A stretch of DNA of 10,521 nucleotides from Synechococcus sp. GTDB taxonomy: Bacteria > Cyanobacteriota > Cyanobacteriia > Thermostichales > PCC-7336. The position numbers and the translations under genes were made by a program. The notes under the pieces were generated by a model, which saw nothing but the letters and a program-made list of their open reading frames with translations, ran no database searches and was not told where the DNA came from. The stretch covers positions 1 to 10,521 of the forward strand of contig JBFRWN010000010.1 in the NCBI GenBank assembly GCA_051439605.1, written 5' to 3'. This document shows positions 1 through 7,281 of the stretch, piece after piece. Position 1 is the first letter of the stretch. Each line of letters begins with the position of its first letter.

Positions 1-234
1 CAATAGCAGTGCGCTGCTGATTCTTACGCTGGGTTACTTGGGCCACGATTTCCACTCTCTATCGTTCGAGTGAAATCTAAGCCTATAAGTGCTTTCAGAG
101 GTTAGGCACCAATTTCCGATCTATTTGCTACTGCAACGATCTGAGGCATATTAGTTTTGTCAAATACTACTTGTTTGAAGCAAGTCGAAATCAATATTAA
201 TATCTTATCCCTGTTCTGAGTCTGAGTTTCAAAC

Positions 235-1275
235 ATGGTCGGTGCTATCAAGCTAAGTGTCCTTATGATTAGTTACAATCATGAAGCCTTTATTAGCGAG
301 GCGATTGATAGTGCTCTAATGCAGAACGTTGATTATCCTTTTGAAATTGTTATTGGGGATGACCAGTCAACGGATTTGACACGGAATATTCTAACTGATT
401 ATCAAAAGAGATATCCTGATACCATCAAATTAATATTTCAAGAAAAAAATGTTGGTCCCAAGCAAAACCAATTAGACGTACTAAAAGCCTGTAAAGGCAG
501 CTATATCGCCTTACTAGATGGTGATGACTATTGGGATTCTCCTTTGAAGCTAATCAAAGCTTCTAGATTTCTTGATGATAATCCACAATCTCCGATGTGC
601 TTTCATCGCATTCGAAAGGTTTTTGATAATCAGAAACAAATGACTCAGGAACTCGGTCCAAAAAAGCCAAAGAAATTTCTCACTACTGAAGATTTGCTAA
701 TAAAAGGTGGTGCAGTAACTTCTGCAACAGTATGGCGGCGTGACATGTTGCTCAAGGCTGCAACTGAGACTCGGCATATTCCAGTTGGCGATCGCGCACG
801 TGCGATTGTTGCTTCACAATTTGGGAATATCGGCTATATTGATGAAGTCTTGGGAGTTTGGAGAATACATGAAGCTAATGCATTTCATTCTTCAAGCCAA
901 TCATCTCCTGCCGATCGCCAGATTAAAATAAGCTATTCGTTTATTAAGCTGTTTGAGACTTTTGATAAATACTTCTCGTATCAATACCATGACTTGATAG
1001 TTCCTTCTTTGACTGCACATCATTATCAACTTTGCGAGGCATATCTAAGCAAAATGGAATGGCAACTCTTTGCCACTCATTTAATGCAGGCACTCTTTGT
1101 TCCAGGTCAACCTGATAATAGGCTATTGAATCAAAGTATTTTTATCTCTCTTAAAACTATAGGTAAACTGACTATCAAAAGAACTAAGAATCGGATTTCT
1201 AGGAAAGCATTTCAAATTGCCAAATTTCTGAACAAACTGCGGAGAAAAGTTTTAGGGCTTAGAGCCCGCCACTGA
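235..1275 (+). CDS. Family 2 glycosyltransferase (GT-A fold), likely for polysaccharide or cell-envelope synthesis
   Basis: 346-aa ORF with the typical GT2 N-terminus SVLMISYNHEAFISEAIDSALMQ, the motif IVIGDDQSTD and the DxD motif in YIALLDGDDYW. It ends in a very basic C-terminal tail. Confidence 0.93.
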   Translation: MVGAIKLSVLMISYNHEAFISEAIDSALMQNVDYPFEIVIGDDQSTDLTRNILTDYQKRYPDTIKLIFQEKNVGPKQNQLDVLKACKGSYIALLDGDDYWDSPLKLIKASRFLDDNPQSPMCFHRIRKVFDNQKQMTQELGPKKPKKFLTTEDLLIKGGAVTSATVWRRDMLLKAATETRHIPVGDRARAIVASQFGNIGYIDEVLGVWRIHEANAFHSSSQSSPADRQIKISYSFIKLFETFDKYFSYQYHDLIVPSLTAHHYQLCEAYLSKMEWQLFATHLMQALFVPGQPDNRLLNQSIFISLKTIGKLTIKRTKNRISRKAFQIAKFLNKLRRKVLGLRARH

Positions 1276-1354
1276 AGCTTCTCGCACCTCTTTCCCATTT
1301 CCTGTTTTAATATACAACCCTAATTCTCGGTATCCCCGTTGAATCATTCCTAAT

Positions 1355-2113
1355 TCATTGCTGATGTTTAATGCCCCCAAACCGGCGATCGCGCGATTGA
1401 AACACTTGCAACGCTTCTTGAAACTGATTAGGGGAAAAATCTGGCCACTGCACATCGGCAAAATACAGCTCGGTGTAGGCCATTTGCCACAGTAAGAAGT
1501 TACTCAGACGCTGTTCGCCACTGGTGCGAATCAACAGGTCGGGGTCGGGCAGATCGGAGAGGTACAGGAAGCGACCGAAGAAATCTGCATCGATATCTTC
1601 GGGGTTGAGGGTGCCTTGGCGAGCCTGATGGGCGATCGCCTTCACCCCTTCCACAATTTCATCGCGGCCACCGTAGTTCATCGCCACAGTTAGCCGAACT
1701 GCATCGTTGCCCAGCGTTGCCGTCTCAGCCCGATGAATCTCGTCCTGCAACGATCGCGGTAACGCATCCAAACCGCCTGCAAACGAGATGCGCACCCCCT
1801 CCTCGCACAGTTCCGCAAGCTCCCGACGCAACATGCGCTCGAATAGTCGCATGAGGAAATCGACTTCTGAGGAGGATCGCCGCCAATTTTCCGTTGAAAA
1901 AGCATACACCGTCAAAGCCGGAATGCCCCATTCCTTACAACAACGCAAGAGTTCTTTTAGGGTGTCCACCCCCTGCTTATGACCGGCTATGCGCGGTAGT
2001 CCCCGTCCCTTTGCCCAGCGGCCATTCCCGTCCATAATCACCGCCACATGTTGGGGTAAGCGGCTGGGGTCAAGGGTTCCGGGCAGAACTGGGCGTTGTA
2101 GTGAGCAAACCAT
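1355..2113 (-). CDS. uppS: cis-prenyltransferase (isoprenyl transferase / undecaprenyl diphosphate synthase family)
   Basis: All conserved UppS motifs are present: [57 protein letters not shown] and the C-terminal RRFGG. The frame is open to an ATG at 2215 (286 aa). I prefer the ATG at 2113 ([11 protein letters not shown], 252 aa) because it gives a normal UppS length, but the start is uncertain. Confidence 0.93.
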   Translation of the reverse strand: MVCSLQRPVLPGTLDPSRLPQHVAVIMDGNGRWAKGRGLPRIAGHKQGVDTLKELLRCCKEWGIPALTVYAFSTENWRRSSSEVDFLMRLFERMLRRELAELCEEGVRISFAGGLDALPRSLQDEIHRAETATLGNDAVRLTVAMNYGGRDEIVEGVKAIAHQARQGTLNPEDIDADFFGRFLYLSDLPDPDLLIRTSGEQRLSNFLLWQMAYTELYFADVQWPDFSPNQFQEALQVFQSRDRRFGGIKHQQ

Positions 2114-2215
2114 GGGATGTCTTGAACTCTGTAAGGGTGGGCAGATAGCGGTGGTCGCTAATGGGTCATCGCGATCCTGGATCGCTAGGGGAATTTCACT
2201 GTTAAGGCGGCACAT

Positions 2216-3268
2216 CTATAGATGTAGATTTCGATTGGCAGCCACAGCCTCTGCGGGCAAAGGGCCAAACAGGTGTTGGAGATAGACAGGGGTTAAGGTG
2301 CGGCTCCAGCGCAGCAGGTGTGCCAGCACTCTCAAGCAAATGAGGGAAAACTCCGCCCGATGGCCTCGGGACCAGGCTTGCCAAGCCATGACATCGGCCA
2401 TGCGGCGTAGCGTGCGCGGCAAACTGGATTGCCCCTGTCGATCGTCAGGTTGCGGACGATCGCCAAACGTAACCGTTAGCTGAGCGAGTAGCTGTTGGAG
2501 GTGGGCCAGGGTGGTCTGGGGAAAGGCCCAAGCCCCAAACCCCCAAAACTTGGTCATGTGATTGACTTCATCCCGTAACAGCTCCCCCCATATCTGACGT
2601 AACGTACCCGTGGAACGGGACATGAGCCACAGGTACAAACAAGTGGCCCCATATTCCGTAGCGATGCGGTGTATGCCGTGGCGATAGAGGTCAGCATGCG
2701 CATTCCCTGTAGGGGAGTATTTCCGCACTGACCGTATTTCCGGCTGCGGCTGCTTTTCTCCACTCAGGTGTCCGTAAATTTTGATTAGGGCGGGGGTATG
2801 CAGCCGCTCTTCCTTTTCCCATATCCCCATCTCAACCCGCAGCCCTTGACTGTCGGTGATGCCCCCCACAAAGCGGGCCATCTTTGGATGTAGCCCCGCC
2901 AAATACCGTTGGCTGGTTTGGGCATACCCGCGAATGGGAATTTCCGTCTCAATCGCACCAGCCACAATACTTAGATAGACCTCCAAATCGATCCCGACTA
3001 CTTGCGCGGGGGAGATCGTGTCCCAGGGGATGGGGGGCCAGGGTCGGGGTTGTGGATTGAGGAACTGCGCGGGTAATTCCTGCAGGAGATGGTGCAGGTG
3101 TGCAAAGGAAAGATACTGGCGAATCAGGGAGCGAATGGTGGTGGGTTGATTGTCCCCATGGCGATCGCTAGGTTGACTCGCTAGACCGGACTTGTTTGGG
3201 GGTTGGTCTTCAAAACTGTTAAGACAATCGGTCGTTAATTTATGGGTGGGAATGCGGTAAAAAACCAT
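2216..3268 (-). CDS. Ferritin-like superfamily diiron-carboxylate protein (acyl-ACP desaturase-like ligand pattern), function unknown
   Basis: 350 aa with two ExxH motifs, WEKEERLH (nt 2798-2821) and DEVNH (nt 2558-2572). Each is preceded by a further Glu (IETE109, ATE205Y). A weak SD-like AGGT lies 7 nt upstream of the ATG. Confidence 0.82.
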   Translation of the reverse strand: MVFYRIPTHKLTTDCLNSFEDQPPNKSGLASQPSDRHGDNQPTTIRSLIRQYLSFAHLHHLLQELPAQFLNPQPRPWPPIPWDTISPAQVVGIDLEVYLSIVAGAIETEIPIRGYAQTSQRYLAGLHPKMARFVGGITDSQGLRVEMGIWEKEERLHTPALIKIYGHLSGEKQPQPEIRSVRKYSPTGNAHADLYRHGIHRIATEYGATCLYLWLMSRSTGTLRQIWGELLRDEVNHMTKFWGFGAWAFPQTTLAHLQQLLAQLTVTFGDRPQPDDRQGQSSLPRTLRRMADVMAWQAWSRGHRAEFSLICLRVLAHLLRWSRTLTPVYLQHLFGPLPAEAVAANRNLHL

Positions 3269-3350
3269 CGTGAAACCTGGTTGAAGATGCTCGGGCGGCT
3301 GCTTTGAAACCTGTTGCTCTGTACCTTACTGAGTCCCTTCAATCGCTGTC

Positions 3351-3421
3351 AGTCGGGTACAGTCTGCTCTTCGATCGCTCAACTGTTCTGTTGAATGGAT
3401 TGATAGTCGGAAAAGGTCGGA
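3351..3421. promoter_or_regulatory. Divergent promoter region with two pairs of 10-bp-period direct repeats (candidate regulator-binding sites)
   Basis: AGTCGG (3351-3356) with AGTCTG (3361-3366), and AGTCGGA (3405-3411) with GGTCGGA (3415-3421), lying in the 274-bp gap between divergent genes. Confidence 0.45.
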
Positions 3422-3542
3422 TGGTGTGGGATCCCCCAGAAGCATTACCCCTGCCATTGGCGGACGATCGCGGTTTGGATAGTGGGGATTTTGAAGGTGC
3501 TAGGCAGGGGTAATCTATGTCTAGGCTTAGGGATACATCTTT

Positions 3543-6002
3543 TTGGGAAACAGTTCATCGATCGGCCCGGAAGATAGCTTGCGCTCCGAAGATACTTTCA
3601 GCCCCGAGCAGGTTTTAACGTGGGCTGACGAACTGATTTATCGCCATACGGGCGATCGCCTCTCGGAACTGCAGCAGGCGATTGTGGCCTTGGCATGGCA
3701 AGGACACACCTATCCCGAAATCGCCGATCGCTACGGTTGCACTGAAGGCCACGCAAAAGATACCGGATCGCAACTCTGGCGCCTACTATCGCGAATTCTC
3801 AACGACAAGGTCACAAAATCCACCCTCAAGGGGGCCTATCGTCGGTCTATCCGCAAACTCAGTCGTTTAGCCTCCCCTGACCGCAAAGCAGCCCCTGTGC
3901 AAAAATCTGCTCCCGTCAGTCAATCTTCTGTCGTCTCCACCAGTCAGGTCAGCAGCACCCCCCAATCCTTAAATTTTGTGGGACGGGGGCAGGCGATCGC
4001 CGATTTAGATCGCCAGTTTGCCACCGGAGCCAAAGCCGTGGTGGTGTTGGGGGAAGGGGGGCTGGGAAAAACCACGCTGGCCCAGCATTACCTGCAGCAA
4101 CAGGGGTTCGAGCTGGTGTTAGAGCTGCTGGTGGCCAAGGAGACCGCCAACTTAACCGCAGCGGAGCACGTTGTGGAGGAATGGTTGCAACAGGACTTGC
4201 AGGTCGAGCCGGGGCGGGATTTTGGCATTTCTTTGGGACGGCTGAAGCGGCAGTTGCGCCAGCGTCGGATTGGCATCCTGATCGACAACTTGGAGCCAGC
4301 ACTGGATCGTCAGGGGATGTTTATACGCCAGCATTCAAGATATGGGGAACTGCTGCGGGTGTTAACCGACAGCAGTCTGCGATCGCTCTGCCTGATTACC
4401 AGCCGAGATCGCCTGTGCGAACCCAGTTTGGCGATCGAGCACTACCGCCTGCCCGGTTTGCTGCTGCAGGACTGGAAAACCTATTTCCGCATGAATGGGG
4501 TTGGAGCAGAGCTAGCTACCCTGGAACCCATGCATACTGCCTATGGGGGCAACGCCAAGGCCATGGGCATTTTGTGCGGCACCATCCGCGCTGAATATGA
4601 CTGCGATGTGCGGGTCTACTGGAGTCGCAACCACCACGATCCGCTGCTGGAGGTCAGCCTGCAGAATTTGGTCACTAGCCAGTTCGATCGCCTGCAATCC
4701 CTGGATGAGAAAGCCTATAAACTGCTGTGTCGGTTGGGATGTTTCCGCTATCAGGATGTTCCTTCGGTCTCCACACAGGCGATCGCCAGTTTGCTGTGGG
4801 ATGTGCCGGCGGGCGATCGCCGACGCGCCATTGAGTCTCTGCGCAATCGTTCCATGATAGAAACTTCTCGGGGGCACTATTGGCTGCATCCCGCCATTCG
4901 GGCGGAGGCGATTCGCCGGTTAAGGGCAAGCGATGACTGGCAGGAGGTGAACCGCCGAGCTGCCCGCTACTGGAGCGACAGCGTGAGCAGCGTTGAAACG
5001 GTCAGCGATGCGCTGGAGGCTTTGGAGGCTTACTACCATCTCGTAGCGATCGGCGATTACGAACTGGCGGGTCGCGTCATCCTCCAGAGCCGCAATAACC
5101 AATGGCAGCAGTACCTCACTTTGGGGAGTTCCCTTTACCGTCTCGGACTGGTGCAGCCCGTGTTATCTGCGATTGGGGAGGTGATGGAAAACACGCCTGT
5201 GACCTACCGGCTGTGCGAGCTCAATAACATTTTGGGGGATTTGTATTGGACGACGGGAGATGTGCGGGAGGCGATCGCCTGCCAGAAACAGTCGTTGCAG
5301 GTGGTCAGGGAGGTGCTGGGGGATACTGCGGTGGAGTTGGACGATCGCGCCCGTCATTACCTGACCGTGCTGGAATTAGATTCTTTGCTCAGCATGGGGC
5401 TATACACCATTGACCTGTGGGAGTTGGATGCTGCTGCCGACTGTTTTGAATCGGCGATCGCGGCGGCACAGGATAAACGACACGAGCGCTGGGTGGAGAA
5501 GGCCAGTGTGGGGTTGGCGTTGGTGTATTCGCATTTGGGGCAGACGGCTGAGGCTCGGGAGATTGCGGAGCCGATCTACGAGGCAATCGCTTCGGACCCG
5601 GCGACGTACTCCGGGCGGTTTGCGTTTTTCCTGCAGTTGTTGGGGACGGTTTACACCAATTTGGGGGAGCTGGAAGCGGCTACCGAGCTGTATCGCAAGG
5701 CGATTCGCTATGCGGAGGAGGGGCACTACATTCAGGTGAAGGGGAAGGCGGTGAGCGGCCTGGCGCAGTTGGATCGGATGCAAGGGCGATTTGAATTGGC
5801 GATTGACAAGCATAAGGAGGCGATCGCGTTGTTGGAAAGCGTTACGGCGAAGTGCGATCTGGCGGAGGCATATTTTCAGACAGGGTTAACCTATCGAGGG
5901 ATGGGGAAAGAAGGCACGAGCAGAGAGGCGATCTGTCGAGCCACAAGCTTGTTTACGCAGATGGATGCAGAAAGACAGTTGTTACGTGTCGATCGAGCTT
6001 AA
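3543..6002 (+). CDS. STAND (NB-ARC-like) NTPase with N-terminal HTH and C-terminal TPR repeats; putative signal-transducing transcription regulator
   Basis: 819 aa. The N-terminal segment LSELQQAIVALAWQGHTYPEIADRYGCTEGHAKDTGSQLWRLLS resembles the HTH of cyanobacterial STAND proteins. A S/P/Q-rich linker follows, then FVGR, Walker A GEGGLGKT (nt 4050-4073), Walker B IGILIDNLE, LITSR, GGNAKA (GxP-equivalent) and a winged helix ending YWLHPAIR (MHD-like). TPR-like units such as LGTVYTNLGELEAATELYRKAI make up the C-terminus. TTG start with AGGGA upstream. Confidence 0.88.
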   Translation: MGNSSSIGPEDSLRSEDTFSPEQVLTWADELIYRHTGDRLSELQQAIVALAWQGHTYPEIADRYGCTEGHAKDTGSQLWRLLSRILNDKVTKSTLKGAYRRSIRKLSRLASPDRKAAPVQKSAPVSQSSVVSTSQVSSTPQSLNFVGRGQAIADLDRQFATGAKAVVVLGEGGLGKTTLAQHYLQQQGFELVLELLVAKETANLTAAEHVVEEWLQQDLQVEPGRDFGISLGRLKRQLRQRRIGILIDNLEPALDRQGMFIRQHSRYGELLRVLTDSSLRSLCLITSRDRLCEPSLAIEHYRLPGLLLQDWKTYFRMNGVGAELATLEPMHTAYGGNAKAMGILCGTIRAEYDCDVRVYWSRNHHDPLLEVSLQNLVTSQFDRLQSLDEKAYKLLCRLGCFRYQDVPSVSTQAIASLLWDVPAGDRRRAIESLRNRSMIETSRGHYWLHPAIRAEAIRRLRASDDWQEVNRRAARYWSDSVSSVETVSDALEALEAYYHLVAIGDYELAGRVILQSRNNQWQQYLTLGSSLYRLGLVQPVLSAIGEVMENTPVTYRLCELNNILGDLYWTTGDVREAIACQKQSLQVVREVLGDTAVELDDRARHYLTVLELDSLLSMGLYTIDLWELDAAADCFESAIAAAQDKRHERWVEKASVGLALVYSHLGQTAEAREIAEPIYEAIASDPATYSGRFAFFLQLLGTVYTNLGELEAATELYRKAIRYAEEGHYIQVKGKAVSGLAQLDRMQGRFELAIDKHKEAIALLESVTAKCDLAEAYFQTGLTYRGMGKEGTSREAICRATSLFTQMDAERQLLRVDRA

Positions 6003-6162
6003 GGTTCGCGACCCCGAGAGATTTAGGTCGTGCATCATCCAAGTGTGTGATGAATGATAGGCGGTGGGGATGTATGGGTAGTGGGAGATGAATTGCCCCT
6101 TTTGCGAGTCCCTAATAACCCACAAGCATGGTCAAACGAGTAAAGGAAGTTAACGATTCCGC

Positions 6163-7254
6163 TCAGAAAATTTCTGTAGTGTTGCCCTCGGCTGCAGCAT
6201 TTTCCTCTTCTTCGTATTGGTTCAGCCATGCCTCAGTAGAAGATTTAAGCTGAGCTCTCTCCTCAGCCCGAATTCCTTGTGGATCGAACCGATAACGATA
6301 ATGTAGTTCGAGAATGGCGTGTAATCGATCGACTAAATCCGCAGTGAGGCGATCGCGTTGAACTCTACTCAGCCAATGCTTGACAGTTTCAGCTCGATCG
6401 CGAGGATAACCAGATTCATTCAAAGCTTTTTCAATCAGGTAGAATTCGGAATCCTCTCCTCTGTGTGACACCTGCCTAGTATCTTTAAGAACTTCTCTTT
6501 TATGGAGCTGTCTTTGACGATTCAGCCAACGGAAACAGGGATAAGACAGCGGTAACAAAACCCATATCCACCCTCGAAAGCCACCTATCACACCAACGCT
6601 CTGAAGCCCTTGCTGTAGCTTGAACATACACCAAGAGAACCAATCAAAGATAAACTCCCAACTTGGCGCAGCTCGATCTTCGATAGAGAACCAATCGGGT
6701 GGTGTCGTATCCAAAACCTGCCATGAACCATTGAGATATACCATCGTCCATGCATGCGCATTTCGAGCACGGACAATAAATTGCTGTTCTAGACTGCTAT
6801 ATTCCCGAACTGAATAGCCAACTGCATAACGAGTAGGTATTCCTACTGCTCTTAGCAAAAGAGCGGTAGCAGAGGCAAAGTATTCGCAATGCCCGGAGCG
6901 GTGTTCCAGTAGAAACGCTGAAAGTGCAGTGCCACTGTTGCCCTTGCCTGCTAGTTCGAGCGAGTATTTAAACTCTTCCCTGAAAAACCGTTCTACACTT
7001 CGAGCAACTTCGCCAGGAGGTTTGCCCTGTAATTCTAGTTGGTTAACAATTCGATCGATGGCAGGTTTCTCACTATTCGGTATTTTGAGGTCCTCTTCAG
7101 ACGGTGGACTCTCTCTTTCGGAGCGATCGCCAAAGTGGACTCGATAAGATGAGATGCCTCCATTGCCTTCGACTTTAACCACACCAAATCTATTGACTTC
7201 TAAACTCTCAACGGGTAAACGGTTGATTTGAAACGTACCGTCTGGAAGATACAA
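6163..7254 (-). CDS. C-terminal part of the split gene: transglutaminase-like catalytic domain, one TM helix and a C-terminal tail
   Basis: The Cys-His-Asp triad motifs GHCEYFASA, NAHAWTMV and VLDTTP are intact. Hydrophobic segment GWIWVLLPLSY. The TTG start is probably an artefact of the upstream stop. Confidence 0.7.
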   Translation of the reverse strand: MYLPDGTFQINRLPVESLEVNRFGVVKVEGNGGISSYRVHFGDRSERESPPSEEDLKIPNSEKPAIDRIVNQLELQGKPPGEVARSVERFFREEFKYSLELAGKGNSGTALSAFLLEHRSGHCEYFASATALLLRAVGIPTRYAVGYSVREYSSLEQQFIVRARNAHAWTMVYLNGSWQVLDTTPPDWFSIEDRAAPSWEFIFDWFSWCMFKLQQGLQSVGVIGGFRGWIWVLLPLSYPCFRWLNRQRQLHKREVLKDTRQVSHRGEDSEFYLIEKALNESGYPRDRAETVKHWLSRVQRDRLTADLVDRLHAILELHYRYRFDPQGIRAEERAQLKSSTEAWLNQYEEEENAAAEGNTTEIF

Positions 7255-7281
7255 TATAGTCTTGCCCTTTTGAAGAGTCGT

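Larger units (their letters stand above)
788..7130. repeat. Dispersed HIP1 palindromes (GCGATCGC), a cyanobacterial genome signature
   Basis: Perfect copies counted by eye starting at 788, 1385, 1632, 3161, 3652, 3993, 4379, 4779, 4813, 5271, 5454, 5820, 6349 and 7123, plus many one-mismatch variants. Confidence 0.9.

Noticed and set aside
1..234. Short open frame at the left edge (NSSALLILTLGYLGHDFHSLSFE*, ending at 73) and AT-rich palindrome ATATTAATAT near 194-203
   Set aside because: Too short to assign as a gene end or IS remnant. The palindrome is expected by chance in AT-rich promoter DNA.
1276..1354. Expected terminator between the convergent GT2 and uppS genes
   Set aside because: The region is pyrimidine-rich, but I found no convincing stem-loop.
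3304..3513. 69-aa ORF in the divergent intergenic region
   Set aside because: TTG start, no clear RBS and no motif. It covers the likely promoter and repeat region.
3517..3545. ATG at 3517 that would join the STAND frame if the T5 run at 3540-3544 were T6 (possible slippage or phase variation)
   Set aside because: T5 is too short for a credible contingency tract, and the TTG at 3543 has its own plausible AGGGA ribosome-binding site.
6003..6162. Weak hairpins (GCGACC..GGTCGT at 6008-6031; CATCA..TGATG) and a G-rich tract at about 6060-6085 between convergent genes
   Set aside because: The stems are only 5-6 bp with long loops and no U-tract, and there are only three runs of three or more G. 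This is not enough to call a terminator or G-quadruplex.
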